DNA of 64,000 nt from an uncultured Candidatus Saccharibacteria bacterium (GCA_964507105.1 CAZDOR010000001.1:4722-68721); one strand, 5' to 3'; positions 20,073-32,100 are shown, counted from the first letter of the stretch. Program-made: numbers and translations. The notes: generated by a model not told the origin, from the letters alone.

Positions 20073-21035
20073 ATGAGTTTTGATATAGGCATAATAGGAT
20101 TGCCGAATGCGGGAAAATCAACACTTTTCAGGCTTCTGACCGAAGTGGAGGTTGATGTGGATGATTACCCTTTCACTACTATAGATCCCAATATAGGGAT
20201 CGTCAAAATTCCGGACGAAAGAGTGGACAAGATCGCAAAAATAACCAACCCCGAAAAAAAGCTTCATCCGACAATAAAGTTCGTCGATATAGCCGGACTT
20301 ATCGAGGGAGCGCATAAGGGTGAAGGATTGGGAAACAAGTTTCTTTCTCATGTTCGGCCTTGTGACGGTTTAATTCATGTAATAAGAGCTTATGAGGAAG
20401 AAAAAACGCCGACCCCGGAAAAAGACAAGCGAATAATAGAAAAAGAGCTGCTGATGAAAGATTTGGAGCTCTTGGAAAAATTATCTGAAAAAATGAAAAG
20501 AGAGGAAAGAATTGATTTAATAATGAAAATGAAGGAATGGGTGTCCAAGGGAAATCACTTGAAAGAAATGAACTTGTCGAAAGAAGACGTTGAATCGGTA
20601 AAAGAGTTTCAGTTTTTAACCATGAAACCGATTTTTAATCTCTACAACGGCTCCGAAAACGAATTTTCAATTGATCTCAAAATGGAGGAGGAAATAAAAG
20701 AATTGTCCCAAAACGAAAAAGAGGATTTACAAATTAATTCACAGCTTGATGAGTTTTTAATCAAGTGTTATAATTACTTCAACCTGATAACGTTTTTCAC
20801 CATTGCAAAAAAGAAAACTCAGGGATGGTCAATCAGGAAAAACACTCCGATCCAAAAAGCCGGTGAAAAGATACACTCTGATTTTAAAGAAAAATTCAAA
20901 AGAGCAGAGATTACCGATGTAAAATCTCTGATTAATGCGGGTTCTTTCCAAAAAGCTAAGAGTCAAGGAAAAGTTAAGACGGTCGGATCGGACTACAGAG
21001 TTAAAAATGAAGATATAATCGAATTCAAAATATGA
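20073..21035 (+). CDS. ychF: Ribosome-binding ATPase YchF (Obg-family GTPase with TGS domain)
   Basis: GIIGLPNAGKSTLF P-loop, DIAGL, C-terminal TGS-like domain. Confidence 0.8.
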   Translation: MSFDIGIIGLPNAGKSTLFRLLTEVEVDVDDYPFTTIDPNIGIVKIPDERVDKIAKITNPEKKLHPTIKFVDIAGLIEGAHKGEGLGNKFLSHVRPCDGLIHVIRAYEEEKTPTPEKDKRIIEKELLMKDLELLEKLSEKMKREERIDLIMKMKEWVSKGNHLKEMNLSKEDVESVKEFQFLTMKPIFNLYNGSENEFSIDLKMEEEIKELSQNEKEDLQINSQLDEFLIKCYNYFNLITFFTIAKKKTQGWSIRKNTPIQKAGEKIHSDFKEKFKRAEITDVKSLINAGSFQKAKSQGKVKTVGSDYRVKNEDIIEFKI

Positions 21036-21469
21036 ACCTTTACGAACTAAACTATTTGATAACACCGAAATTAACCACCGAAGAAGTGGAGAAGTTCTGC
21101 AATGAAATAATCGAGATGCTGAAAGAAACGGACGCCGTTTTGTCTAAAATCGAAAACCCGAAAAAAAGAAAGCTCGCCTATAAAATAAAAAATGCTGAGG
21201 AAGCGTACCTTGTTTCCGCGGACCTGGAAATCGATCCGGAAAAAGTGAAGTTAATAGAAGAAAAATTAAAAAGAAAAGAAAAGATTTTGCGCCATATAAT
21301 AATATCGAAGGAAGCTTCGGAAGATGATGAGGAAGAAAAGAGTATGAGTAAAAAGAGAGAAGACAGTGAACCGAAAAGAGAGGAAGATGATGAGGAAGAA
21401 AAAGCAAAGAAAGAAGATGAAAAAGTAAAATTAAATGAAATCGATAAAAAAATCGATGAAATAATATGA
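21032..21469 (+). CDS. rpsF: 30S ribosomal protein S6 with acidic C-terminal tail
   Basis: MNLYELNYLITP...KRKLAYKI S6 fold; in the conserved rpsF-ssb-rpsR order. Confidence 0.75.
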   Translation: MNLYELNYLITPKLTTEEVEKFCNEIIEMLKETDAVLSKIENPKKRKLAYKIKNAEEAYLVSADLEIDPEKVKLIEEKLKRKEKILRHIIISKEASEDDEEEKSMSKKREDSEPKREEDDEEEKAKKEDEKVKLNEIDKKIDEII

Positions 21470-21900
21470 ACTTCAACAAGGTGATAATCGCCGGAAATTT
21501 AACCGACGACCCGGAGAAAAGAAAGACCGATTCGGGGACGTCGATAGCTAACTTTTCCGTGGCAACCAATAGGTATTATACGGATAATTCCGGAGAGAAA
21601 AAGCAGGAAACGGAATACCACGATGTAGTCTTTTTCGGCAAAACGGCGGAAAACATAACGAAATATCTTTCAAAAGGATCTTCGGTTCTCATAGAAGGAA
21701 GATTGCAAACCAGAAGCTGGGAAGGACAGGACGGAAAAACCAGATATAATACCGAAATAGTGGGAAGAAACATTCAATTCGGTCCAAAAGAAGGAGGTGC
21801 CAAGCCCAATCGCCAAAGCAAAAACAAGAAAGAAAAAGAAGAAGAAATCCCCGTTATCGAAGAAGACGACGATATAGATGTTGAAGATATACCTTTTTAA
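21466..21900 (+). CDS. ssb: Single-stranded DNA-binding protein
   Basis: OB-fold SSB (NKVIIAGNLTDDPE...) with acidic tail ending DIPF. Confidence 0.9.
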   Translation: MNFNKVIIAGNLTDDPEKRKTDSGTSIANFSVATNRYYTDNSGEKKQETEYHDVVFFGKTAENITKYLSKGSSVLIEGRLQTRSWEGQDGKTRYNTEIVGRNIQFGPKEGGAKPNRQSKNKKEKEEEIPVIEEDDDIDVEDIPF

Positions 21901-21941
21901 CCAACACGGGTAAACAACACTGAAATTAAACAGAAAAAGTT

Positions 21942-22151
21942 ATGAAACAATGTTACTTTTGTCAACATGAAGTCGAAAGAATAGACTTCAAAGAAACGGA
22001 AATTTTACAAAAATTCATCGATAAAACTCGAAAGATAAAACCGAGAAAAAAAAGCGGACTTTGTGCGGCTCATCAGAGAGAGTTGTCAAAAGCCGTTAAG
22101 AGAGCCAGACAAATGGCTCTTCTTCCATATCAGGAAAAAGTCGACTTTTAA
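21942..22151 (+). CDS. rpsR: 30S ribosomal protein S18
   Basis: CYFCQH...IDFKETEILQKFI...KKSGLCAAHQRELSKAVKRARQMALLPY. Confidence 0.9.
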   Translation: MKQCYFCQHEVERIDFKETEILQKFIDKTRKIKPRKKSGLCAAHQRELSKAVKRARQMALLPYQEKVDF

Positions 22152-22181
22152 ATTTTTTTTCCGGATTCCGTAAAAATAAAA

Positions 22182-22210
22182 ATCTCCCTTTCCCGGGAGA
22201 TTTTTTATTT
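22182..22210. terminator. Bidirectional terminator between rpsR and recA
   Basis: atctccc-tttccc-gggagat hairpin followed by a T run. Confidence 0.5.
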
Positions 22211-22228
22211 ATCGGAAGAATATTTTTC

Positions 22229-23302
22229 TCACTTGTTCTCTTCACGCTTCTTTTTCATTTTTTTCTTTATTTCCGCTTCGATCTCTTCCGCTATCTCTTT
22301 ATTTTCTTCTAAAAATTGCTTCGAATTACTCTTTCCTTGACCTAATTTCTTGTCATCATAGCTGTACCAGGATCCAGCCTTTTCAACTACATCCATCTCT
22401 ACACCGACCTTCAGCAAATCACCGTAATAAGATATCCCCTCATTGTAATAGATATCGAATTGAGCCTTACGGAACGGAGCTCCAACTTTGTTTTTAACGA
22501 CCTTGGCTACGACTCTGTTACCTATTATCTCTCCCTTGGATTTTATTTGCGCTCTTCTGGAAAGACTTATTCTAACCGAAGAATAAAACTTCAGAGCCAG
22601 TCCGCCGGAAGTGGTTCGGGGGTTTCCGAATTTAACCCCGATTTTCATTCTTGTCTGATTTAAAAAGATGACCGTGGTGTCCGTTTCAGAAATTACCCTC
22701 GATAATTTTCTCAGAGCCGAAGACATTAACTTAGCTTGTTTTCCGATCTGCGCATCACCAACCTCTCCAGCGATTTCACTTTTCGGCGCCAATGCAGCAA
22801 CCGAATCGACAGCTATCACATCAACCTCTCCGGAACGGACCAGAGTTTCAACTATTTGTAAAGCTTGCTCACCGGAGTCGGGCTGAGATATGAGCAATTC
22901 ATCAATATCAACACCTATTTTTTTCGCGTACTGAGGATCCAAAGCATTTTCCACGTCAATAAAAGCAGCTACTCCTCCCTTCTTTTGAGCCTCGGCAACA
23001 ATATGAAGAGAGAGGGTCGTTTTGCCGGTTGAAGCAGAACCGAAAATTTCAACAACTCTACCTCGAGGAACTCCGCCGACCCCAAGCGCCATATCCAAAG
23101 AAAAGGATCCCGTCGGTATGGAATCAACATCCACCGCCTTTAAATCCTTCAATTTCATCAAAGACCCCTCACCGAACTTCTGTTTAATTTCTTTCATAGC
23201 TTCCTTCAATTCCTTGCTTTCCGTTTTTTTCTTCTCTTTCTTCTTTTTTTTCTTTTTCTTCTTTTTTTCGCTTTTATCACTTTTTTTCTTTTTTTTGGCC
23301 AT
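22229..23302 (-). CDS. recA: Recombinase RecA with poly-lysine N-terminal extension
   Basis: Walker [11 protein letters not shown]1/L2 loops, a core that aligns from [11 protein letters not shown] onwards, preceded by [26 protein letters not shown]. Confidence 0.95.
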   Translation of the reverse strand: MAKKKKKSDKSEKKKKKKKKKKEKKKTESKELKEAMKEIKQKFGEGSLMKLKDLKAVDVDSIPTGSFSLDMALGVGGVPRGRVVEIFGSASTGKTTLSLHIVAEAQKKGGVAAFIDVENALDPQYAKKIGVDIDELLISQPDSGEQALQIVETLVRSGEVDVIAVDSVAALAPKSEIAGEVGDAQIGKQAKLMSSALRKLSRVISETDTTVIFLNQTRMKIGVKFGNPRTTSGGLALKFYSSVRISLSRRAQIKSKGEIIGNRVVAKVVKNKVGAPFRKAQFDIYYNEGISYYGDLLKVGVEMDVVEKAGSWYSYDDKKLGQGKSNSKQFLEENKEIAEEIEAEIKKKMKKKREENK

Positions 23303-23338
23303 AATAAATTGTGAACCTTGATTTATAAAATTTAATAT

Positions 23339-25480
23339 TTATTCATCATTTATTTCTCGGGTCTTAAAATCACTTTCTTCGGAATCATCTTCGCTTCCTT
23401 CTCCGTAAACTACCCTCGGTTTGGATCCGCGAGAGGGACCAACTATATTTCTGGCCTCAAGCATGTCCAATATTCTGGCCGCCCTGACGTACCCTATGCG
23501 TAATTTTCTTTGCAGCATGGAGGCTGAAGCCTTGTCCGCTCGTATAACCAAATCCTTGGCATCTTCATAAAGTTCATCTTCTTCCATGTCGTCTTCAATC
23601 TTTTGAGCTCTATCCTTTTCAAGCTCCTCTTCCAGCTCTTCGCCCAAATCATCATCATCTTCTTCAATCGACTCAACCTTGTCAACGAGCCAATTTACAA
23701 TTTTTTTGGTTTCTTCCTCGGAAACGAAAGGTCCCTGGACACGTCTCGGTTTAGAGCTGTTATTGGAAGATATAAAGAGCATATCACCGGCTCCGAGCAA
23801 TCTTTCCGCACCTCCCATATCCAAAATAGTTCTGGAGTCGACTTGAGAGGCGACTTGGAAGCTGACTCGAGAAGTTATGTTGGCTTTGATCAGTCCGGTA
23901 ATTACCTCCACCGAGGGTCTCTGAGTAGCAAGTATCAAATGGATTCCAACTGCCCTGGCCATTTGAGCTATGCGAACAATTCCGCTTTCAATCTCATTTT
24001 GTTTTTTAGCCATTAAATCAGCAAGCTCATCAACGACCAAGACTATGTAAGGCATCACCTCTTCATCTTCTTGTTTTTTAGCCCATTCATTATAACTTCT
24101 GATATTTCTCTTTTTACTTTCGGACAAGACATCAAACCTTCTTTCCATCTCTCCGATAAGCCATTCAAGAGCGTTGTGGGTTTTTTCCGCATCGTAGATT
24201 ACGGAGGTTAAAAGGTGAGGAAGTCTTTTGTATAGAGAGAACTCGACTCTTTTCGGGTCAACCAAAATCAATCTCAAATCTTCCGGGGAGTTTTTATAAA
24301 TTAAGCTAAGTATCAAAGTGTTCAAAAATATGGTTTTACCCGAACCGGTGGCGCCGGCAACCAGGAGATGAGGCATTTTGGCTAAATCGGCATAGATGGA
24401 GTTTCCGGAAACATCTTTTCCGACGGCCAACGTTAAAGAAGATTTTTTCTTTGAAAATTCTCTACCCAACAAATCTCTGAGTCTTATCATTTCCCTATCC
24501 TCATTCGGAACCTCTATACCAACCAACGACTTTCCCGGGATTGGAGCTTCCGTTCTCACCGGATGTTTGGCCAAGGCGAGAGCCAGATCGTCGGAAAGAG
24601 AGGTTATTTTGGATAATTTTATTCCTTCCGCCGGCTTTAAAGTGTATTGAGTTACCGTCGGGCCGACATTTATTTCCGACATGGAGACGGAAATATCGAA
24701 ATTGGAAAACGTTTCCTTTATTATTTTCGAGTTCTTTTTAGTGTCACCCGGATCAGCGCTACCTCCTCCTTTTTCAAGAAGCTTCAAGGGCGGGGTCACT
24801 CCTTTCTTTTTGGTGCCGGTAGTTTTTTCTTTTTCCGAGCCTTTCTCTTCTTTTTCATTTTTATTTTTCTCAACTTTTTTTGTTTCTATTTTCTCCGTTT
24901 CAAAGCTCGGGGCGAATATCTTTTTAATTACAGACGGTTTTTCTTCTTTTTTTCGTTTTCTCTTTTCAAAAAAGTTTTCAACCGCCTCAACAAAAGAAGC
25001 TTCTCGGTAAAGAAGCTGCCAAAAAATTATCAACCCCACTGTCATCGTTATGAAAAAAATCAACAAACCGGCAGGAAGACCAAAAAAATCCCTTAAAGGA
25101 AGCAAGATTTCCCCGACTTGCCCGCCGATATAATTCGGGTCCTCAACGCGATTAAAATTACCACCCAGGGTGGTAAAAAATCCGGTCGAACCGAGAAGAA
25201 CGAATAGAAATCCGACAATGAGAGGTAATAAAAATTCTTCATATTCGGTTCTTAAAAATATCCATCCGGAAATCAAAAGTAAAAAGGGGATCAAAGTAGC
25301 CATAAACCCGAAAAGATTATCAAAAAAGATAATCTCCAACCACCGACCGGCTTTCCCGGCTGCATCGAATATACTCAATATTCCTATTATCGCGAAAAGA
25401 AAAAGGAGGAGGCTGACAATAATCCTCCTCATTTTCTTGGAAAAAAACGGCTCTTTCTTTTCTTTTTTCTTTTTCCCCAT
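23339..25480 (-). CDS. ftsK: DNA translocase FtsK/SpoIIIE
   Basis: N-terminal TM domain, motor with GATGSGKT Walker A, C-terminal gamma winged-helix (MLQRKLRIGYVRAARILDMLEARNIV). Confidence 0.9.
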   Translation of the reverse strand: MGKKKKEKKEPFFSKKMRRIIVSLLLFLFAIIGILSIFDAAGKAGRWLEIIFFDNLFGFMATLIPFLLLISGWIFLRTEYEEFLLPLIVGFLFVLLGSTGFFTTLGGNFNRVEDPNYIGGQVGEILLPLRDFFGLPAGLLIFFITMTVGLIIFWQLLYREASFVEAVENFFEKRKRKKEEKPSVIKKIFAPSFETEKIETKKVEKNKNEKEEKGSEKEKTTGTKKKGVTPPLKLLEKGGGSADPGDTKKNSKIIKETFSNFDISVSMSEINVGPTVTQYTLKPAEGIKLSKITSLSDDLALALAKHPVRTEAPIPGKSLVGIEVPNEDREMIRLRDLLGREFSKKKSSLTLAVGKDVSGNSIYADLAKMPHLLVAGATGSGKTIFLNTLILSLIYKNSPEDLRLILVDPKRVEFSLYKRLPHLLTSVIYDAEKTHNALEWLIGEMERRFDVLSESKKRNIRSYNEWAKKQEDEEVMPYIVLVVDELADLMAKKQNEIESGIVRIAQMARAVGIHLILATQRPSVEVITGLIKANITSRVSFQVASQVDSRTILDMGGAERLLGAGDMLFISSNNSSKPRRVQGPFVSEEETKKIVNWLVDKVESIEEDDDDLGEELEEELEKDRAQKIEDDMEEDELYEDAKDLVIRADKASASMLQRKLRIGYVRAARILDMLEARNIVGPSRGSKPRVVYGEGSEDDSEESDFKTREINDE

Positions 25481-25521
25481 AACTGTTTAATTATACCACG
25501 AAACGGTACAATTTAAAGGGA

Positions 25522-28500
25522 TTACAAATCTCCTTCCTCGAGACCGGTTCCGGCAGGTATTAATTTTCCTATGATTACATTCTCCTTGAGCCCTTTTAAC
25601 GGGTCCACTTTGCCTTCCAGAGAAGCCTCTATGAGAACTTTGGAGGTTTGCTGGAAGGAAGCGGCGGAAAGGAAGGAGTCCGTGTTGAGAGCTACTTTGG
25701 ATATTCCCAGTAGAATGGGTTCGGCTTTGGGTGGTTGCTTTCCGTCATTTTCCATTTTCTCTCTCTTTTTTTCAAAAACTTCTCTTTCAATTATTTGTTT
25801 GGGAGTTAAAAAAGAATCGCCCGGATCAGTGATTTTCATTCGTGAAGTCATTTGCTTGACTACGACTTCCAAATGCTTGTCATGGATATCAACTCCCTGA
25901 GAAACATAAACCTTTTGGGCTTCTTTCAAAATGTATTTTTTGGTATTTTTCAATCCTTTGGCTTTGAAATAATCTTCCAGATCAAGATTACCTTCACAAA
26001 GCTGGGTCCCCGGCTCAACTCTTTCTCCTCTTTTCACCCATATCGCTTTGTTGGAGTCAATTTTATAGGACTTAACTTCTTCCTTTTTGGTTTTGCTTTC
26101 ATCAACTCTTATTTTTACGACTCCGTCATCCTTGTTAACCTCAATAACTTTTCCTTCCACCTCGGCCATCTGAGCTTTTCCTTTGGGGGTTCTAACCTCA
26201 AAAATCTCTTGAACTCTCGGAAGTCCCATGGTAATATCGGTCCCTCCGGCAACTCCGCCGGTGTGAAAAGTTCTCATCGTAAGTTGTGTTCCCGGCTCCC
26301 CAATGGCTTGAGCAGCTACTATTCCGACAGCGTCTCCCACCTTAACCATTTTATTTCTTCCCAACTCCCAACCGTAGCATTTACAACAAACTCCGCTCAC
26401 TGAATTGCAGGTCATTACCGACCTGACCCTGACGGAATCGATGTTGCTTTTCTTTATCTTTTCGGTAGCATTCACGTCTATTACTTCTCCTTCTTTTACC
26501 ACCGTTTCACCTTTTATTTCTATATCCTCAATCGCTGTTTTTCCGCTGATTTTAAATTCAAAGTCTTGATCGATTTCATCAGAATCCTCTTTTTTTACCA
26601 AAATTCCTTCATCTTCTCCACAATCTTCTTCCGTAACTATAACTTCGTGAGAGACGTCTACGAGTCTTCTTGTCAAATAACCGGCACTCGCCGTTCTGAG
26701 AGCGGTGTCGACAGTTCCTTTTCTGGCTCCGTGAGTAGAAATAAAGTATTCGAGAACATCAAGTCCTTCCTTGAAAGAGCTTTTTACCGGAAGTTCTATA
26801 ATTTCACCTGAGGGATTAACCACTAATCCTTTCATTCCCGCCATCTGTATCGGTTGCGACCAAGACCCACGAGAGCCGGATTCGGTTATCGTGAGAACGG
26901 ATCCGTATTCGGGTAATTCGTCCGGAACTAAATCTTCCACTTCATTTTTTGCTTTGGTCCAAATTTCTATTACTTTATCCTCGCGTTCCGAATCGGAAAA
27001 GAGACCTTGTTCGAAATACTCCTCAACTTCCTTCGTTTTTTCTTCCGCTCTTTCGATTACTTCCTCTTTTTTATCGGGTATAACAAGATCGTCCATCCCC
27101 CAAGAAATTCCAGAAAAAGTAGAATACTTAAACCCGAGATTTTTTATTTCATCGAGCATGTGGTGAGCGTCTTCCGGATCGAACTTCTTGATTATTTCCG
27201 CAATCACTCCTTTGAGTGTTCCCGAATCCATGGTTTTATTTTTAAAGGGTATTCCGTCGGGCAACGCTTGGTTAAAAATAAGACGACCAACGGTAGTTTC
27301 TACCATTTCACCGTCGATTCGAACTTTTATTTTCGCCCGGATATTAACCTTTTCATATTCAAGAGCCAGCTTAGCTTCGGAGGGAGAAGAAAATATCTCC
27401 CCTTCTCCATTTTGATCCTCTTCAATTTGAGTCATCCAATAACAACCGAGGACCATGTCCTGAGAAGGAGAAACGATCGGCTTTCCCGTTGCGGGTTTTA
27501 ATAAATTCTTGGAGGAAAGCATCAATTTTTTCGCTTCATCTTGAGCCTTCTCGGATAGCGGTAAATGAACTGCCATCTGATCACCGTCAAAATCGGCATT
27601 AAAAGCTTCACAAACCAGAGGGTGTATTCTTATCGCTTCTCCCTCGGTCAATACCGGTTTAAACGCTTGTATTCCCAGCCTATGAAGGGTTGGCGCCCTA
27701 TTTAAAAGAACAACTTTTCCTTTCACCACTTCTTCCAAAATCGGCCAAACTTCATCATCTTTTTCATCTATCATTTTAGTTGCTCCTTTAACATTGTAAG
27801 CCAAGTCTCGGTCGAGTATTTTTTGAATTATAAAGGGTTTGAAAATTTCGAGAGCCATATTTTTTGGTAGTCCGCATTCATCCAAATCCAGTTCGGGGCC
27901 GACCACTATGACCGATCGCCCGGAATAATCAACTCTTTTTCCCAACAGGTTTTGCCTGAACCTTCCCTGTTTTCCTTTTAACATGTCCGCTAAAGATTTG
28001 AGGAGTCTTTGTCCTCCCGTGGAAGCTTGAGTAACTACTCCTTTTCTCATCTGGTTGTCTATCAGTGCATCAACCGCTTCCTGAAGCATTCTTTTTTCGT
28101 TTCGAACGATAACTTCGGGCGCTTCAATATCGAGTAGATTCTTTAATCTGTTATTCCTGTTTATAACTCGCCGATAAAGGTCATTCAAGTCAGAGGAGGC
28201 ATACCGACCTCCATCGAGTTGAATTATCGGTCTCAAATCGGGGGGCAAAACCGGCAAAACCGTCGGAAACATCCATTCCGGCCTTATATCAGCTTTTTTT
28301 ATGGCTCTAAAAACCTTTAATCTTTTTAAGTACTTTTTTTTCTTCGACTTGGATCCAGTTTCATTCTTTTTTTCGGTGAGCTCTTTAATTTTTTCTTCCA
28401 GATTAATATTTTCGAATATTTCCCGAAGAACTTCCGCACCGGTTCCAGCTTTAAATATATTACCATACTTTCGCTTGTATCGGTGATATTCCACTTCGGT

Positions 28501-29091
28501 CAATATTGATTTTTTCTTTATTGATTTTATTTCTTCCTTGGTTTTGTCTCTTGATTTTCTTAATTTCTCCAAAGACTTCTCCAACTCTTCTCCTTTTAAG
28601 TTATCTTTTCTTTTTTTCTTCTTTCTTTTAAATTCTTCTTTCAATTTTTCCAAAACTGAATCCTTTTCTTCTTCATTTACTTCAGTAACTATATAGCCGG
28701 TAAAATAAACAACTTTTTCTAACTTCTTTTTGGAAATGCCCAAAATCAATCCCATCTTAGAAGGAATTCCTCGAAGATACCAGATATGAGAAACCGGAGC
28801 GGCCAACTTGATGTGTCCCATTCTGGATCTTCTAACCGAAGATTTGGTCACTTCGACTCCACAACGATCACAAACTATTCCCTTGTATCTTATTTTCTTG
28901 TATTTCCCGCAATAGCACTGATAGTCCTTTTCCGGGCCGAAAATACGTTCGCAAAATAGTCCGTTTTTTTCCGGCTTTTGGTTTCTGTAATTTATCGTTT
29001 CGGCTTCAGTCACCTCACCGTGAGACCAATCCAAAATGTCGTCGGGAGAGGCTAATTTTATTTTGATCGCATTTACATCTTCTACACGCAT
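25522..29091 (-). CDS. rpoC: DNA-directed RNA polymerase subunit beta'
   Basis: NADFDGDQMAVH catalytic motif and zinc-binding N-terminus; lies downstream of rpoB. Confidence 0.97.
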   Translation of the reverse strand: MRVEDVNAIKIKLASPDDILDWSHGEVTEAETINYRNQKPEKNGLFCERIFGPEKDYQCYCGKYKKIRYKGIVCDRCGVEVTKSSVRRSRMGHIKLAAPVSHIWYLRGIPSKMGLILGISKKKLEKVVYFTGYIVTEVNEEEKDSVLEKLKEEFKRKKKKRKDNLKGEELEKSLEKLRKSRDKTKEEIKSIKKKSILTEVEYHRYKRKYGNIFKAGTGAEVLREIFENINLEEKIKELTEKKNETGSKSKKKKYLKRLKVFRAIKKADIRPEWMFPTVLPVLPPDLRPIIQLDGGRYASSDLNDLYRRVINRNNRLKNLLDIEAPEVIVRNEKRMLQEAVDALIDNQMRKGVVTQASTGGQRLLKSLADMLKGKQGRFRQNLLGKRVDYSGRSVIVVGPELDLDECGLPKNMALEIFKPFIIQKILDRDLAYNVKGATKMIDEKDDEVWPILEEVVKGKVVLLNRAPTLHRLGIQAFKPVLTEGEAIRIHPLVCEAFNADFDGDQMAVHLPLSEKAQDEAKKLMLSSKNLLKPATGKPIVSPSQDMVLGCYWMTQIEEDQNGEGEIFSSPSEAKLALEYEKVNIRAKIKVRIDGEMVETTVGRLIFNQALPDGIPFKNKTMDSGTLKGVIAEIIKKFDPEDAHHMLDEIKNLGFKYSTFSGISWGMDDLVIPDKKEEVIERAEEKTKEVEEYFEQGLFSDSEREDKVIEIWTKAKNEVEDLVPDELPEYGSVLTITESGSRGSWSQPIQMAGMKGLVVNPSGEIIELPVKSSFKEGLDVLEYFISTHGARKGTVDTALRTASAGYLTRRLVDVSHEVIVTEEDCGEDEGILVKKEDSDEIDQDFEFKISGKTAIEDIEIKGETVVKEGEVIDVNATEKIKKSNIDSVRVRSVMTCNSVSGVCCKCYGWELGRNKMVKVGDAVGIVAAQAIGEPGTQLTMRTFHTGGVAGGTDITMGLPRVQEIFEVRTPKGKAQMAEVEGKVIEVNKDDGVVKIRVDESKTKKEEVKSYKIDSNKAIWVKRGERVEPGTQLCEGNLDLEDYFKAKGLKNTKKYILKEAQKVYVSQGVDIHDKHLEVVVKQMTSRMKITDPGDSFLTPKQIIEREVFEKKREKMENDGKQPPKAEPILLGISKVALNTDSFLSAASFQQTSKVLIEASLEGKVDPLKGLKENVIIGKLIPAGTGLEEGDL

Positions 29092-29124
29092 AGTTTAGAT
29101 TTGGTTATATTTCCGGTTTGGAAA

Positions 29125-32100
29125 TTATTTTTCTTTTTTTACTTGAATGTTTAATCCGATGGCTTTCATTTCCGAAAGTAAAAGTTGAAAAGAGGCGGGC
29201 AAATTGGGTTTTTTGATATCTTCTCCTTTCAGTATGGCCTCATAAGCTGCTGCTCTACCGGGAACATCATCCGATTTGATAGTCAGCATTTCCTGTAGAG
29301 TGTGAGCGGCACCGTATCCCTGCAAAGCCCAAACCTCCATTTCTCCGAATCTCTGTCCTCCGAATTGTGCCTTACCTCCCAGAGGCTGTTGAGTGATTAA
29401 GGAATACGGCCCGATAGCCCTCATATGTATTTTATCCTCGATCATATGAATTAATTTGAGCAAATACATGTATCCGACCGTTACCTTTCGAGGAAATGGT
29501 TTTCCCGTTCTTCCGTCATAAATCTTCAGTTGTCCATCTTCCGGATATCCGGCTTTTTTCAACTCTTTTTTTATATCTTCATTGGTGGCGCCGGAAAGAG
29601 CGGGAGTTTCCGCCAAATAATTCAACTCTTCAGCTGCCAGCCCCAAATGAGTTTCCATTATTTGTCCGATATTCATCCGTGAAATAACTCCCAACGGGTT
29701 TAAAACCACATCAACCGGAGTCCCGTCTTCCAGAAAGGGCATCTCCTCTTCAGGTAAGACGGTAGAAATAACTCCCTTATTTCCGTGCCTTCCGGAAAGC
29801 TTGTCTCCGGTTTTTATTTTTCTCATCTGTGCTACTCTCACTTCAACTTTCTTAATAATTCCGGTATCCAATTTATGTCCCTTTTCGCGTGAAAAAACCT
29901 TTATTCCCACGACTCTCCCTCTTTTTCCATGCTTCATTCTCAGAGAGGAATCCTTTACATCTTTGGCTTTTTCTCCAAATATAGCCTTAAGCAGTCTTTC
30001 TTCCGGCGTCAGTTCAGCTTTTCCCTTCGGAGAAATTTTTCCGACTAAAATATCTCCGGGCCCGACTTCGGCACCGATTCTTATTATTCCTTCCTCATCC
30101 AAGTCTTTTAGTTTTTCTTCAGAAACATTCGGAATATCGCTGGTGGTTTCTTCAGGACCCAGTTTAGTTTCCCTAACATCACAAGTAAAATTTTCTATAT
30201 GCACGGAAGTATAAACGTCATCTTTGACCAGCCGTTCGGAAACCACGATAGCATCTTCGAAATTGTAACCACGCCAAGGAAGAAAAGCAACCAAAGCGTT
30301 TTGACCCAGTGCCAGTCTTCCTTCGGCAATAGAGCCACCGTCGGACAGAACTTCATTTTTTTCAACTTTATCTCCCTTATCTACGGTCGGTTTTTGATGA
30401 AAGCAAGTATAATTGTTGGTATGTGAAAAAGTTTCCAATTCGTGATCATATTTTTTACCATCATTCGCTTTAATCGTAATTTTTTCTCCATCCACATAAG
30501 TAACTTCCCCGTCCGCTTTAGCCAACACGGCATGCCCGGAATCTTGGGCTACTTTTTTTTCTATTCCGGTTCCTACCAGGGGAGGGTTCGGCTTCAAAAG
30601 AGGAACCGCCTGTCTTTGCATGTTGGCTCCCATTAAAGCTCTGTTAGCATCATCATTTTGTAAAAAAGGTATCACCGAAGCGGCCACCGATACAAGCTGC
30701 TCAGCAGCTACATCGATGTAATCTATTTCCTTTTTATCCACCATAGTCGGCTCTCCTCCCGTTCTGGCCTCCACTCTGTCTTTGACTATTTTTCCATTTT
30801 TGATCTCAATACCCCCGTGAGTTATATTGTATTTTTCTTCTTCATGAGCGTCCAAATAATCCACTTGATCGGTTATTTTTCCGTCTTCCACTTTGTAGTA
30901 GGGAGTCTCTACGAATCCGTATCTGTTTACCCTGGAATACAAAGAAAAGTGGTTCACCAATCCGACATTGGATCCTTCCGGTGTTTGAATCGGGCAAATC
31001 CTTCCATAGTGAGAAGCTTGGACATCCCTGGCTTCGAATCCGGCCCTCTCTCTGGTCAATCCCCCCGGTCCCGTTGCAGTCAGTCTCCTCTTGTGTTCCA
31101 ATTCAGCCAAGGGATTTTCCTGATCCATGAATTGAGAAATTGCGGAAGAAGAAAAAAACTTTTGGACTGCCGAAGCGAACGGACGGGCATTAATCAATTT
31201 CGAAGGGTTGAGATCGTCATCTTCGGCGGTAGAAATCTTGTCCTTTACATTTCTATCTATTCGCATTAAAGAAACTCTCAATTTATTCTCCAAAAGCTCG
31301 GTAAAAGCTCTTACTCTCCTGTTTCCCAGGTGATCAATCTTGTCTTCTTCAGCTTCGGGATCGTTGTTCAATCTAATTATTTCTCTTATCACGGCAATAA
31401 CATCTTCAGTAGTTAATGTTCTGTCTTCGGTAGTGATGTCTCTTTCTTCTTCCGGTTTCAATTCGGGTAGGCGCTGCCAGGTCCTCCATCGACCCACCTC
31501 GGACAAATCATATCTGTCAAAATTAAAAAACGTATTTTCGACCAGCTCCTTGGCCGGATCGGGAGTTACGGCTTCTCCCGGTCTCATTCTCCTATATATT
31601 TCCATAACCGCTTCTTTTCTGTTTTTGGAGGGGTCTCTTTCCAGAGTTTTGTTTATATGAGAAATATCACTTTTGTCTACATCGGCAAATAACTTCTTTA
31701 TCTCCGCATCGGTTCCCTTTTTCATTTCTTTCTTGCCGACACCGAGAGCCCTGAGTAAAGTAGTAGCGGGAACCTTTCTGCGTCTATCTATTTTCACTCC
31801 AACAAAGCCGTCCGGCTCGGAAATGAATTCTAACCAGGTTCCCCGATTGGGAATAATTTTGGCACCGAAAACCTTTTTTCCTTTCTTTTCTTCAGCGGTA
31901 AAAAAAGCGCCCGGTGATCTTATCAGTTGTGAAACAGCGACCCTTTCGACTCCGTTAACTATAAAAGTTCCTCTTTCACTCATCAGGGGAAAATCACAAA
32001 GAAATATTTCCTGTTTTTTAGTTGTCTCCGTTTCCAGATTTTTAAGTTCAACTTCAACTTTGAGAGGAGCAGTATAAGAATCGTTGTTTTCCCGTGCTTC

